Source: Alphaproteobacteria bacterium (GTDB lineage: Bacteria; Pseudomonadota; Alphaproteobacteria; Rhodobacterales; Rhodobacteraceae). Taken from it: a DNA stretch of 64,000 nt. The translations under genes and the position numbers were made by a program. Position 1 is the first letter of the stretch, and every line of letters starts with the position of its first letter. Below, piece after piece: positions 44,938 to 55,234 of this stretch. The stretch spans positions 4,741 through 68,740 of the forward strand of contig JAUHWP010000002.1 of the NCBI GenBank assembly GCA_030424645.1, given 5' to 3'. Under the pieces are notes generated by a model, which was given only the letters and a program-made list of their open reading frames with translations, was not told the DNA's origin and searched no databases.

Positions 44938-45251
44938 TTTCTTTTCCCCGGCTGGTCCGTTTCGCAAGATCGTTAGCTTGGCACATCCGGCGGGTCAATC
45001 GGGACACAGCGTTATAACGGCTTTCCACCGGGGATTTGGCGGAATTTCCTATTTGTTTGCGCTGACATCCGGTTTCGGCGATGCCGCGCCAACAGGTTGG
45101 GGCGGTGCAAACAATGCCGTTGCAAATCGCGAAGGTTTGTTAGACGTTCGTGACAACCGGGCGCTTTGCCCGATGACATGATCAGGATGTTACGGTAATA
45201 ACTTTGCCGATGCGCCGTTGCGCATGGGCTTTGCAAGAACGAATAGGTCCC

Positions 45252-45722
45252 ATGGATAAGATACCTCTGACACGCGCGGGTCACACCGCGCTGAACGACG
45301 AACTCAAACTTCTCAAGACCGAGGAGCGCCCGGCGATCATCCGTGCGATTGCCGAAGCGCGCGAGCATGGGGATTTGTCTGAAAACGCGGAATATCATTC
45401 CGCCCGCGAAAAGCAGAGCTTCATCGAGGGTCGGATCAAGGAACTGGAAGGCGTCTTGTCACTGGCCGAGGTGATAGACCCCGCCACCTTGTCGGGGGCG
45501 GTGAAGTTTTCCGCCACGGTCACGATCGTCGATGAAGATACGGATGAGGAAAAAACCTATCAGATCGTCGGCGAGCCGGAAGCGGATATCGAGAACGGCA
45601 AGCTGAACATCAAATCACCGCTGGCGCGCGGGCTGATCGGCAAGGAAGAAGGCGACAGCGTCGAAGTGCGCACCCCCGGCGGCGAAAAGGCGTATGAGAT
45701 CCTGAAGATCGAATGGATCTGA
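45252..45722 (+). CDS. greA: transcription elongation factor GreA
   Basis: [22 protein letters not shown]...[22 protein letters not shown], and a C-terminal FKBP-like domain. Confidence 0.95.
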   Translation: MDKIPLTRAGHTALNDELKLLKTEERPAIIRAIAEAREHGDLSENAEYHSAREKQSFIEGRIKELEGVLSLAEVIDPATLSGAVKFSATVTIVDEDTDEEKTYQIVGEPEADIENGKLNIKSPLARGLIGKEEGDSVEVRTPGGEKAYEILKIEWI

Positions 45723-45750
45723 CGCCGCGCGTGGCGGACATGAGGGACAG

Positions 45751-46818
45751 ATGAACGACAAGACGAAAAGCGGACCGGCCAGTCTTGGAACAGGGCGCAT
45801 GAGCGGCCTGAACGCCCAGGTTCCGTCACTGAGCGGGGGCGAGGTCATCGGCCTTCTGCTGTCCGGTCTGTGGCTGGCCGGGTGCATCCTGTTCTTTCTG
45901 GTTCTGGGGTTCGGCAGCAGCGATGGCGAAGGCCTGTCCCAACCGTTGCAATTCCTGATGACGCTTGTGGCGGTCATCATGCCGGTCGCGGTGATCTGGG
46001 TTGCGGTGGCCGCCTTGCGATCCGCCCGGATCATGCGCGAGGAAAGCGTGCGGCTAAGCGCTGCGATTGACGCCATGCGCTCGGCCTATATCCAGCAGCA
46101 GCAAGGGTTCACGGGCACACCGGCGCAGGCGTCGAAGGTGGAACAGAAGCTGGAAGAGATCGCGCAGGTCAGTCGCAAGACCGAAAGCGCGCTGGCGACG
46201 TTCACCTCGATCCGACCCGGAATGCCGACGCTGGCCAACCCGACGCCGATCAATCCCAGCCCGGCCATCACGCCTGACGTAACGGGACAGGCCACCGCGG
46301 ATCAGACCAGCCTTGCGCTGGGCACCCCGGTCGAGGATCTGAACCCGCCGCTGTCGGTCGAGGATTTCATCCGCGCGCTGCATTTCCCGGAAACCGCCGA
46401 AGACGCAGACGGGTTCCGCGCCCTGCGCCGGGCGCTGGATGACCGGCGGGTTGCGGGACTTGTGCAGGCCTCGCAAGACGTTCTGACCCTGTTGTCGCAG
46501 GATGGCATCTACATGGACGACCTGCGCCCGGATCGGGCGCGGCCCGAAATCTGGCGCAAATTCGCGGCGGGTGAGCGTGGGCGCAGCGTGGCCGCCCTGG
46601 GCGGTGTCCGGGATCGATCGTCGCTGGCCCTGACTGCCGGGCGCATGAAGCAGGACCCGATCTTCCGGGATGCGGCGCACCATTTCCTGCGTCGCTTTGA
46701 CCAGACCTTCGCGGGGTTCGAGAAGAACGCATCCGATGCCGATATCGCCGCCCTGGCAGACACCCGCACCGCGCGGGCGTTCATGTTGCTGGGGCGCGTG
46801 ACCGGGACGTTCGATTAA
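45751..46818 (+). CDS. hypothetical membrane protein (no family recognised)
   Basis: 355 aa. Two hydrophobic helices near the N-terminus, a coiled-coil/Gln-rich segment, a Pro-rich linker, then a ~150-aa C-terminal region. GAGGGA SD. Coding-like codon bias. Confidence 0.6.
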   Translation: MNDKTKSGPASLGTGRMSGLNAQVPSLSGGEVIGLLLSGLWLAGCILFFLVLGFGSSDGEGLSQPLQFLMTLVAVIMPVAVIWVAVAALRSARIMREESVRLSAAIDAMRSAYIQQQQGFTGTPAQASKVEQKLEEIAQVSRKTESALATFTSIRPGMPTLANPTPINPSPAITPDVTGQATADQTSLALGTPVEDLNPPLSVEDFIRALHFPETAEDADGFRALRRALDDRRVAGLVQASQDVLTLLSQDGIYMDDLRPDRARPEIWRKFAAGERGRSVAALGGVRDRSSLALTAGRMKQDPIFRDAAHHFLRRFDQTFAGFEKNASDADIAALADTRTARAFMLLGRVTGTFD

Positions 46819-49800
46819 GCCTTTCGGCCACGCATCGCGACCGCCCCGGCCAGATAGCCCAGCACGGCAAGCCCCGCACAGATCAGGATGAACCGCGATA
46901 TCCCCTCGGTGGTCAGGCCCCAGACTGACAGGGCCAGCGCAAACGTGGCCACCATTGCCAGCGCAACGCCTGCAATCAGCATGGTGGCCGGTTTCAACCC
47001 TTCGCGTGTGCGGCCCCGCCAGACCCGTTTCAGGGCGTGGACCATGCGGCCCATATCCGCCTGTATCGCCACCAGCGCGGGCACGACCATGAGCACAAGC
47101 ACCATGCCGAAGCCCAGCCCATAGGTCAGGGTAATGACCGTGGGCTTCAGGAATTGCGCCTGTCGCGAGGTTTCATAAAGCAACGGGCCAAGCCCCAGCA
47201 CCGTCGTCATCGTGGTCAGCATCACGGGCCGAAGCCGGTCTGCCGCCCCGTCGATGATCGCCGGCACCAGCCCACGCTCCCGCGCGTATTCGTCGATCGT
47301 CGTCACCAGAACGATGGAATCATTGATGATGATCCCGGTCATGCCGATCAACCCGACGACCGAGAACATGGACAATGGCACCTCCCACCAGACATGCCCG
47401 AAGATCGCCCCGACCAGTCCGAAGGGAATGATCGCCATGACGACCAGCGGTCGTGTCCAGCTTGAGAAGATCCATGCCAGCGTCAGGAAGATGCCCAGAA
47501 GGACAAGGATCAGGCCGGTCTGTGCATCCGCCAGAAATTCGCTTTGCTGTTCGGCCAGCCCGCCCAGCTGGAAGGCAATGCCGAATTCCTCGGCGATTTC
47601 GGGCAGGATGTCGGTCGCGATGGTGCGCTGTATCTCTTCTGCGCGCGCGGCGTTGTTTTCGTCGATATCCCCGGTGACATTGACCAGCCGAATACCGTTT
47701 TCGCGCTGCACACTGGCGAACCCGGTGCGCGACCGGACCGACACCAGATCGGCGAGGTTCACATAAGTGCCGCTTTCCGTGCGCAACTGCGTGCGTTCCA
47801 GAAAATCGGATGTCTGTTCGGATTCGGGCAGTTCCACCCGGATTTCCGCCGACCGTGTGCCATCGGGATAGCTTGCTGCCTCGATCCCGTTCAGGCGGTT
47901 GCGCAGCACGCGGCCCAGATCGTCGATGGTAAACCCAAGCGCCTGGCCCTGAGCGGTCAGGTCAAGGACCAGTTCCTCCTTGTCATAAGACAGGCTGTCC
48001 TCAAGCGCCGAAACCTCGGGGAAGGCGGACATCCGGGTGATGAACGCCTCAGACGCGGCCTTCAGCTGCTCTGACGTGGCGCCGTAAAGCTCGACATCCA
48101 GGCTGTCGCCGCCCGGGCCATAGCGGTTGCCGCGGAACGACAGGACTTCCAGCAGCGGATGGCTTTCGACCGCTTCCTGAAGGGCGCCGACGAAGGTAAA
48201 CGAGCTATAGGGGCGCAGATCCGCGTCGATCAGTTCGACCGAGATCGACCCGAGCAGATCGGAGTCCTTGCCATCCACACCGGACAATCCGCGCCCGGCA
48301 TTGCCGCCGATCTGGGACAGGGCGTGAACCACCGGATTGCGGCCATGTTCGCTTTCAAACTCGGCGGCCGTCTTTTCGACCGCGTCTTGCACAAGCCGCA
48401 ACATGTCCAGCGTGTCGTCCTTTGTCGCGCCGGACACCATCGCGAAATTGCCCGTGACAGACGACCGTTCGGGGGCGTTGAAAAACCGGAAGGCAAGATC
48501 GCCCCGGATGAAGATCGACGCCTGGCTGGCAAGGACCATCAGCGCCAGGGCGATGACCGGGTAACGGGCCTTGATCACCCAGCCCATCGCGCGTCGGAAC
48601 GCGTGATCCCGCACCCATCTGAACCCCTTGTTGACCTGTCTGGACGGCCAGTCGTACCAATGTTCCTTGGCCGTGTGGGTCAGGGCATGGGCCATGTGGT
48701 GTGGCAGGATCAGGAAGCATTCGACCAGCGACGCCACCAGCACGACGATCACGGTGAAGGGGATGTCGGCAATCATGTCGCCGAACCGCCCGCCGATCGA
48801 GGTCAGGCCAAAGAATGCGATCACGGTGGTCAGGGTGGCTGAAAACACCGGCGGAAACATACGCTTGGCGGCATTCTCGGCGGCCTCGACCGGGCCTTCG
48901 CCCAGCCTACGGGCCCGAAAATCGGCGTGTTCGCCCACAACGATGGCATCGTCGACCACGATCCCCAATGTGATGATCAGCGCAAAAAGCGAGATCATGT
49001 TCAGCGTCAGCCCCGACATATACATCAGGAAGATCGCCGAGGTCATTGCGACGGGAATACCCGCCGCCACCCACAGCGCGGTGCGGGCGTTCAGGAACAG
49101 AAACAGCAGCAGCAGCACAAGGGCCAGACCCTGCAAGCCGTTTTCCAGAAGGATGTTGATGCGGGCGGTGATCAGGTCCGAGCGCGTGCGCACCAGCGAG
49201 ATCTTGACCCCTTCGGGCAGCGTCGGCAGAAGCTCGGCGCGCACCTCTTCCACGATTTCCTGCATGCGGATGGCATCGCCCTGCGCCGAGCGCGAGACAT
49301 TCAGCGCAATCGCGACATCATCGCCGACATAATATGACCTGTTCCGGTCGACCCCTTCGACCTTCACCTGCGCCACGTCCCCGACGGTCAGTTTCGACCC
49401 GTCGGGATTTGACCGCAGGACGATGGCTTCGATCTGGTCGGTGCTGCGCTTGGCGATCCCCGTGCGCACCCGTGCCGCACCCGACGCCACATCGCCTGCC
49501 GGGGAGGCGGCGACCTCGCCTGCGATGGCCTCGGCGATCTGGGCCATCGTGACCTCGTGTTCGATCAGCGACAGCGACGTGACCTCGACCACCGTGCGTG
49601 GGGCGACGAAGCCGCGGATGCCGGTGCGCGTGACACCCCGTTCGAACAGGCGGACAATCATTTCATCGGCGAACCGTCCAAGCTGTTCGATGCCGACAGG
49701 ACCCGAGATCACGACATCGGTGACGCTGTCGCGCCAAGCCCCCCGCCGGACCTGTGGCGTGTCGGCGTCTTCCGGCAGGTCCGAGAGTTCATCCATCGCG

Positions 49801-50141
49801 GTCTGCACGTCATCGGCGGCGCGCGCGACATCCCAGCCCGGCTCGAACTCCAGCGTGATGTCGGCCCGGCCTTCGAACGAGCGTGAACTGACGCTTTCCA
49901 CCCCTTCGACCGCCAGAAGGGCAGGTTCCATGACCTGAACGATGGCTTCGTCCACGTCTTCGGCCCCCGCACCCTGCCACGTGGTCTGAACCGAAACGCT
50001 TTCGATCACCACGTCAGGAAAGAACTGCGCCCGCATCCGGGGATAGGCGAACAGACCAAGCGCGATCAGCACCACAAGCAGAAGGTTGGCCACCGTTGCG
50101 TGGCGCGTGAAATAGGACAGAAGATTCAGCCCGCGTCCCAT
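46815..50141 (-). CDS. RND efflux transporter permease (AcrB/AcrD/AcrF family)
   Basis: 1108 aa with the duplicated 1+5 TM / large-periplasmic-loop RND architecture. N-terminus ATVANLLLVVLIALGLFAYPRMRAQFFPD. Confidence 0.9.
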   Translation of the reverse strand: MGRGLNLLSYFTRHATVANLLLVVLIALGLFAYPRMRAQFFPDVVIESVSVQTTWQGAGAEDVDEAIVQVMEPALLAVEGVESVSSRSFEGRADITLEFEPGWDVARAADDVQTAMDELSDLPEDADTPQVRRGAWRDSVTDVVISGPVGIEQLGRFADEMIVRLFERGVTRTGIRGFVAPRTVVEVTSLSLIEHEVTMAQIAEAIAGEVAASPAGDVASGAARVRTGIAKRSTDQIEAIVLRSNPDGSKLTVGDVAQVKVEGVDRNRSYYVGDDVAIALNVSRSAQGDAIRMQEIVEEVRAELLPTLPEGVKISLVRTRSDLITARINILLENGLQGLALVLLLLFLFLNARTALWVAAGIPVAMTSAIFLMYMSGLTLNMISLFALIITLGIVVDDAIVVGEHADFRARRLGEGPVEAAENAAKRMFPPVFSATLTTVIAFFGLTSIGGRFGDMIADIPFTVIVVLVASLVECFLILPHHMAHALTHTAKEHWYDWPSRQVNKGFRWVRDHAFRRAMGWVIKARYPVIALALMVLASQASIFIRGDLAFRFFNAPERSSVTGNFAMVSGATKDDTLDMLRLVQDAVEKTAAEFESEHGRNPVVHALSQIGGNAGRGLSGVDGKDSDLLGSISVELIDADLRPYSSFTFVGALQEAVESHPLLEVLSFRGNRYGPGGDSLDVELYGATSEQLKAASEAFITRMSAFPEVSALEDSLSYDKEELVLDLTAQGQALGFTIDDLGRVLRNRLNGIEAASYPDGTRSAEIRVELPESEQTSDFLERTQLRTESGTYVNLADLVSVRSRTGFASVQRENGIRLVNVTGDIDENNAARAEEIQRTIATDILPEIAEEFGIAFQLGGLAEQQSEFLADAQTGLILVLLGIFLTLAWIFSSWTRPLVVMAIIPFGLVGAIFGHVWWEVPLSMFSVVGLIGMTGIIINDSIVLVTTIDEYARERGLVPAIIDGAADRLRPVMLTTMTTVLGLGPLLYETSRQAQFLKPTVITLTYGLGFGMVLVLMVVPALVAIQADMGRMVHALKRVWRGRTREGLKPATMLIAGVALAMVATFALALSVWGLTTEGISRFILICAGLAVLGYLAGAVAMRGRKA

Positions 50142-50144
50142 CCG

Positions 50145-51605
50145 CTAGTTACCCATCCGCTGTTCCAGCCGCGCCAGCGTGTCGGCAGGCAGCGCACCGG
50201 TATCAAGCTGGGCCAGAATGCGTTCGCGCGCGTCGTCGGGCATCCGGTCGTTGCTTTCGACAAAGGTGCGCAACAGCGCGACGCGTTCAGGGGCCAGTGT
50301 GATCATCTCGGCCTGAGGTTCCGGGGCGATGCCTTCGCCGGGGCGCACCGGGCGGATACGGATGCCCGCACCCAAAGCCGGTGTGCGCTCGGTCACGACT
50401 TCCCGGCCTTCCAGCGCGGGTGCCCGCACGATCACGTTGTTGCCCTGTCGGCGCAAAAGTTCGACCGCAGCGCTGCTCAGGCGATCCTCGGGGCCCAGCA
50501 CCAGAACCTCGTTGGTTGCGCTTAGCGCCGATGCGGGCAGCAGGACGGTGTCCACAAGATCGGGTTCGGCCACGTCCACGGTGACAAAATCGCCTGGGCG
50601 CATACCGGGTGACGCCTCGAGCGTGGCAAATATCTGGCGTCCGGTCTGCCCTTCGCCCACATCGGCGCTTTCCCGGTCGATCCGCCCGGTTGCGCTCAGG
50701 TTCAGGCCGGCGGCATCCAGCCGGACGGTGATATCGGTGTTGGCCAACCGGCCGTCGGCACCAAGAAGGCGTGCATATTGGGCGGCCGAAACACGGAACC
50801 GAACCTCAAGCGACGAGGGGTCGATGATCCGTCCGATTTTTTCATTCGCGGCAACCACGCCGCCACGCAACACGGTGACATCGGTCAGAATACCGCCAAT
50901 TTCGGCATAAATCTGTGTTTCGTCCAACCGGCGCTGGGCCTCGTCCAACTGGATTTCGCTGCGCTGCAAGGCTGCGTCAGCCGTCGAGACGCGGGCCTGC
51001 GCCGTGATCACCGACTGCCGCTTGGCCAGAACGGCCTGTTGCGCAGCCGATGCCGCCAGTGCCGCGGTTTCAACCGCCGCCTCGGTGCCGACCCTTCGTT
51101 CGACCAGATCGCGTTGCCGGGTCAGGGCCGCTTCGCGCAGGTTGGCTTGCCGGGTGGCATTGTCCAGATCGTCGCGCGCCAGTTCCAGCGCGGCGTGCGC
51201 GTCGCGCAGCTCGGCCTCGGCCTGCGAAACATCGGTTTTCGCCAGCTCTTTCGCGAACTCGAAATCCGTGGGATCGACCTGCAACAGAAGATCGCCTTCG
51301 TGCACCACGCCGCCGGTTTCGAAATTTTCGGCGATTTCGGTCACGGTTCCCCCGGTCAGGGCACGCACGTCCAAAGCCCGGCGCGATGACAGCTCGCCAT
51401 AAGCGGTCAGGACAGGGGTCAGGGTTTCCGCGGTGACGGTCACGACATTGGCCGAAAACACCCGCTCGCTGGCTGTGGGTTCGGCGCTGTCGCGTTCGGC
51501 CCGTGCCTTGAAGGCCGAGCTTACCATGCTGGCAGCCATCGCCAGCAACCCGAAGGTCAAGGCCAGCAGGAACAGCCCTGTCAGGCTACGGCCCAGAAAT
51601 CGCAT
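50145..51605 (-). CDS. RND efflux periplasmic adaptor (HlyD/MFP family) with C-terminal extension
   Basis: N-terminal anchor, lipoyl/alpha-hairpin/beta-barrel pattern (coiled-coil segment AELRDAHAALELARDDL...LQRSEIQLDEAQRRLDET). 3-nt gap to the RND gene. Confidence 0.85.
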   Translation of the reverse strand: MRFLGRSLTGLFLLALTFGLLAMAASMVSSAFKARAERDSAEPTASERVFSANVVTVTAETLTPVLTAYGELSSRRALDVRALTGGTVTEIAENFETGGVVHEGDLLLQVDPTDFEFAKELAKTDVSQAEAELRDAHAALELARDDLDNATRQANLREAALTRQRDLVERRVGTEAAVETAALAASAAQQAVLAKRQSVITAQARVSTADAALQRSEIQLDEAQRRLDETQIYAEIGGILTDVTVLRGGVVAANEKIGRIIDPSSLEVRFRVSAAQYARLLGADGRLANTDITVRLDAAGLNLSATGRIDRESADVGEGQTGRQIFATLEASPGMRPGDFVTVDVAEPDLVDTVLLPASALSATNEVLVLGPEDRLSSAAVELLRRQGNNVIVRAPALEGREVVTERTPALGAGIRIRPVRPGEGIAPEPQAEMITLAPERVALLRTFVESNDRMPDDARERILAQLDTGALPADTLARLEQRMGN

Positions 51606-51730
51606 ATTACAACTCCACTGATTGCCGAAACATCCTGTCCTGCTATGCCCGCGCAGGCAAGCGGCGTGTGGTCACAGTTTCGGCACATCGACAACGTGCA
51701 TGTTAATCGAAGTTTATACGGAGCAGCCGA

Positions 51731-52285
51731 TTATTTCCGTCGCTTATGTTCATCCAGTCGCGGAAAAATTTCGACGAAATTGCAGGGCATGTGGCGATAG
51801 TCGAGCTGATGCAGCAGGATGTCGTCCCAGGCGTCCTTGCAGGCACCGGGGCTGCCAGGCAGGGCAAACAGATACGTGCCGTTGGCGACGCCGCCCGTGG
51901 CACGGCTTTGCACCGCCGATGTGCCGATCTTGTTCATCGAGATGATGGTGAACACCGTGCCGAAGGCTTCGATTTCCTTTTCATAGACATCGCGATGTGC
52001 CTCGACCGAGACATCGCGACCGGTCAACCCGGTGCCACCGGTGGAAATCACCACGTCAATCTCGGGGTCCAGAGACCAGGCGCGCAGCTGATCCGCGATC
52101 TGGTCACGCTCGTCCGGGCAGATGGTGCGGTCGGCCAGGATGTGCCCGGCCTGTTCCAGCCGTGCCACCAACGTGTCGCCGGATCGGTCCTCGCCCAGGT
52201 TCCGGGTGTCTGAAACCGTCAGAATGGCAATGCGAACCGGAATGAAATCGCGTGCGGCGGCATCTTGTGCGGTGATGTGGGACAT
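51731..52285 (-). CDS. moaB: molybdenum cofactor biosynthesis protein B
   Basis: MoaB/MogA fold: IAILTVSDTR...DRSGD...VVISTGGTGLTGRD...PGSPGA. Confidence 0.85.
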   Translation of the reverse strand: MSHITAQDAAARDFIPVRIAILTVSDTRNLGEDRSGDTLVARLEQAGHILADRTICPDERDQIADQLRAWSLDPEIDVVISTGGTGLTGRDVSVEAHRDVYEKEIEAFGTVFTIISMNKIGTSAVQSRATGGVANGTYLFALPGSPGACKDAWDDILLHQLDYRHMPCNFVEIFPRLDEHKRRK

Positions 52286-52294
52286 TATTCGTTC

Positions 52295-52897
52295 CTAGTT
52301 AAGCGTAATCCAATTGGGTGTCGGGCCAAGGTTCATGACCTGCGTGTCGCCAATCCGGCCGGTTTCGCCCCAGGCGTCGTGGATATGACCGCAGAGCAGC
52401 CATCGGGGCGACAGCCGCCGTGCGGCGTCCAGCACGGCTTGCGACCCAAGCGACCCCAGTGCGTTGTGGTGATCGGCGACCCCCTTGGGCGGCGAATGCG
52501 AGATCAGGATGTCGGCGCGTTCGATGCTGGCAAGCATAGCGCGGGCAGCGTCCTCGGTCAGGTCGAATGAGTTCCATGGAATGGCGGGCGGTGGCGGCAC
52601 GGCGGCGCCGATCCCGGCGATGGTTATGCCGTCGATCACGATGGTTTCACCATGCAGAACCGTGACAGCCGTTCCCGCAACGGCTGCGCGCAATTCATCT
52701 TCGGTCTCGTTGTTGCCGGGCACCATCACGGTCGGCACACCAAGCGTTGTGAACGGGGCCAGAAACTCCGCCAGCCCTTCACGGCGATGTGCATAATCGC
52801 CAACGCCCAGCACCAGATCGGCCGTTGTCGCAGCGTCGATCAGCTTTCGCGCCGCAACCTTGCTGAGATGCAGGTCGGAAAAGGCAAGGACTTTCAT
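52295..52897 (-). CDS. metallophosphoesterase family protein
   Basis: MKVLAFSDLHL, GVGDY, VPGNNE, SHSPP and CGHIH motifs. Its ATG at 52897 overlaps the UDG stop (ATGA). Confidence 0.75.
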   Translation of the reverse strand: MKVLAFSDLHLSKVAARKLIDAATTADLVLGVGDYAHRREGLAEFLAPFTTLGVPTVMVPGNNETEDELRAAVAGTAVTVLHGETIVIDGITIAGIGAAVPPPPAIPWNSFDLTEDAARAMLASIERADILISHSPPKGVADHHNALGSLGSQAVLDAARRLSPRWLLCGHIHDAWGETGRIGDTQVMNLGPTPNWITLN

Positions 52898-53694
52898 GAA
52901 AGCTCTCGCAGTTTCGCCTGGATCGCCAGAAGGTCGGCCCAGGCTTCGCGCTTGGCGGCTGGGGTGCGCAGAAGATAGGCGGGGTGGGTCATCGGCAAGA
53001 CGGGCTTGCCCCATGCTTCCTCCCAATGGCCGCGCATCCGCATGATGCCTTTACGGCCCAGCACGGCAAGACACGGCGTGTTGCCCATCAGAACAAGTAT
53101 CTCGGGTGCAACCAATTGCACGTGACGTTCCAGAAACGGCACCATCATGGCGATTTCATCCGGGCTGGGGTCGCGGTTGTTGGGCGGGCGCCACGGCATC
53201 ACGTTGCTGATATAGATCGCGTCCTTTGATAGCGGCGCATCGCGCCCCATGCCGATGGCGGCGAACATCTTGTCCAGAAGCTGGCCCGCGCGCCCGACAA
53301 AGGGTTTGCCAGCGATATCCTCGTCCCGTCCCGGGGCTTCGCCGATGATCATCACGCGTGCGGCGGGGTTGCCATCCGCGATCACCGTGTTGCGCGCCCC
53401 GCGCTTCATTTCGCACCCTTCGAAGGTTTCGATGGCGCTGCGCAACGCGTCCAGATCCCTGGCGGCGGCCGCTGCCTGTTTGGCGATGGCGACGTGATCG
53501 ACGCCCGGTTGTGCCGCTGGGGCAGGCGGGCGCTGCTGGGATTGTGGTTCAGGCGCTTGCTTCGCGGGGTTTTTCTGGCGTGGCTCAAGCGCATAGCGGT
53601 CGACAGGCACGTCCCCGATCGCGTCCGCCGCGCCGAGCTCGATATGCCATTCCAGAAGCGCCTTTGCGCCATGCCAGTCTTGTGCCGATTCCAT
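52894..53694 (-). CDS. uracil-DNA glycosylase, family 4, with N-terminal extension
   Basis: The core motif IIGEAPGRDED (GEAPG), FVGRAGQLL and HPAYLLR indicate family-4 UDG. An ~90-aa N-terminal extension with a Pro/Gln/Ala-rich linker precedes the core. Confidence 0.85.
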   Translation of the reverse strand: MESAQDWHGAKALLEWHIELGAADAIGDVPVDRYALEPRQKNPAKQAPEPQSQQRPPAPAAQPGVDHVAIAKQAAAAARDLDALRSAIETFEGCEMKRGARNTVIADGNPAARVMIIGEAPGRDEDIAGKPFVGRAGQLLDKMFAAIGMGRDAPLSKDAIYISNVMPWRPPNNRDPSPDEIAMMVPFLERHVQLVAPEILVLMGNTPCLAVLGRKGIMRMRGHWEEAWGKPVLPMTHPAYLLRTPAAKREAWADLLAIQAKLRELS

Positions 53695-53816
53695 GGACGA
53701 CAGCCTAAGTGCGCCAACGGGGAAGGTAAACGATCTGTTGCGTTTTCCGGACCGGCGGGGATGGACGAAACCAGCGCCCGATCCTATAAGCGCTTGAACA
53801 CAGGACGGAGGCCCCT

Positions 53817-54779
53817 ATGACATTCCGCCAGCGCCATCTTCTGGGCATCGAACCGCTCCACCCGGAAGAGATCAAAACCGTTCTTGATCTGGCTGACAGC
53901 TATGTGGACCTGAACCGATCCGCGCAGAAGCGATCCGACGTGCTTGCCGGGCTGACCCAGATCAACATGTTCTTCGAAAATTCGACGCGCACGCAGGCCA
54001 GCTTTGAAATTGCAGGCAAGCGGCTGGGCGCGGATGTGATGAACATGGCCATGCAGGCGTCGTCGATCAAGAAGGGTGAAACGCTGATTGATACGGCCCT
54101 GACGCTGAACGCGATGCACCCGGACCTGCTGGTCGTGCGCCATCCCCATTCGGGCGCGGTCAACCTGCTGGCCGAAAAAGTGAACTGTGCCGTCCTGAAT
54201 GCCGGTGACGGCAAGCATGAACACCCCACGCAGGCGCTTCTGGATGCGCTGACAATCCGGCGCGAAAAGGGGCGCCTGCATCGTCTGACCGTGGCGATCT
54301 GCGGCGACATCGCCCACAGCCGCGTGGCGCGGTCCAACCTGATCCTGCTGGGCAAGATGGAAAACCGCGTGCGCCTTGTCGGCCCGCCGACCCTGATGCC
54401 CGCCCAGATCGACCAGTTCGGGGTCGAGGTTTATGACGACATGGAAGAAGGTCTGAAAGACGCCGACGTGGTGATGATGCTTCGGCTTCAGCGTGAACGG
54501 ATGGATGGCGGCTTCATCCCCTCGGAACGCGAATATTATCACCGTTTCGGGCTGGACGCCGAAAAGCTGGCCCATGCCAAACCCGACGCAATCGTCATGC
54601 ATCCCGGCCCGATGAACAGGGGCGTCGAGATTGACGGCACCATCGCCGATGACATCAACCGGTCCGTCATTCAGGAACAGGTGGAAATGGGTGTCGCCGT
54701 GCGCATGGCGGCGATGGACCTTCTGGCGCGCAACCTGCGTGCCGAACGGGCGGCCAAGCCGGAGGGCGTTTATGTCTGA
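53817..54779 (+). CDS. pyrB: aspartate carbamoyltransferase catalytic subunit
   Basis: [10 protein letters not shown] (STRTR-type), [10 protein letters not shown] and MHPGPMNRG motifs. GGACGGAGG SD. Confidence 0.95.
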   Translation: MTFRQRHLLGIEPLHPEEIKTVLDLADSYVDLNRSAQKRSDVLAGLTQINMFFENSTRTQASFEIAGKRLGADVMNMAMQASSIKKGETLIDTALTLNAMHPDLLVVRHPHSGAVNLLAEKVNCAVLNAGDGKHEHPTQALLDALTIRREKGRLHRLTVAICGDIAHSRVARSNLILLGKMENRVRLVGPPTLMPAQIDQFGVEVYDDMEEGLKDADVVMMLRLQRERMDGGFIPSEREYYHRFGLDAEKLAHAKPDAIVMHPGPMNRGVEIDGTIADDINRSVIQEQVEMGVAVRMAAMDLLARNLRAERAAKPEGVYV

Positions 54780-55230
54780 CGCGCATCTGGAACCCCGGCT
54801 CGCCGACCAGACCGGGCCTAAGCTTGAACCGGGTGAACGTCTGATTGAAAGCTTCTCGGGCAACCTGACCACCTATGTCAAAGAACATATCTTGCTGGCC
54901 GCGCTGGGATCCGTTCTGATGTCGGGCATCCTGATCTATATGGGCAATCCACATGCGTGGACGGGCATCGTCGGGTCGGTGGCCGCGATTGCCGTGCGGG
55001 GCCTTTACGTGGCGCGCGAGCAGTTGGGGTTCACCTGGTATCTGACCAACCGCCGCCTGATCGGGCCGGGCAACCGGACGATCCTGTTGGCCAATATCGA
55101 CAAGGTGAACGTGATTTTTTCTGCCGCTCAGGTGGTGACGAGTACGGGCGAGAAACACATGCTGAAATACCAGGCCGACACCAAGGCCACACAGGCCGCG
55201 ATTGACCACGCGCGCGGGGCAAAAGGATAG
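54772..55230 (+). CDS. small membrane protein with PH-like (bPH_2/YdbS-like) C-terminal domain
   Basis: 152 aa. Two adjacent hydrophobic helices ([35 protein letters not shown]), then [27 protein letters not shown]...GEKHMLKY, which resembles bacterial PH-domain membrane proteins. The ATG at 54772 overlaps the pyrB 3' end by 8 nt. Confidence 0.5.
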   Translation: MSDAHLEPRLADQTGPKLEPGERLIESFSGNLTTYVKEHILLAALGSVLMSGILIYMGNPHAWTGIVGSVAAIAVRGLYVAREQLGFTWYLTNRRLIGPGNRTILLANIDKVNVIFSAAQVVTSTGEKHMLKYQADTKATQAAIDHARGAKG

Positions 55231-55234
55231 CTGA

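Noticed and set aside
44938-45251. 314-bp intergenic region between ETF-QO and greA, considered as a possible sRNA, leader-RNA or tRNA locus.
   Set aside because: I found no cloverleaf, conserved ncRNA core or convincing terminator. The only hairpin is a 5-bp CGGGC/GCCCG stem at 45158-45172 without a U-tract. The region is probably just two divergent promoters and leaders.
51703-51717. CtrA-box-like TTAA-N7-TTAT upstream of the RND adaptor gene.
   Set aside because: One half-site is imperfect, the occurrence is single, and the spacer is AT-rich, so a chance match is likely.
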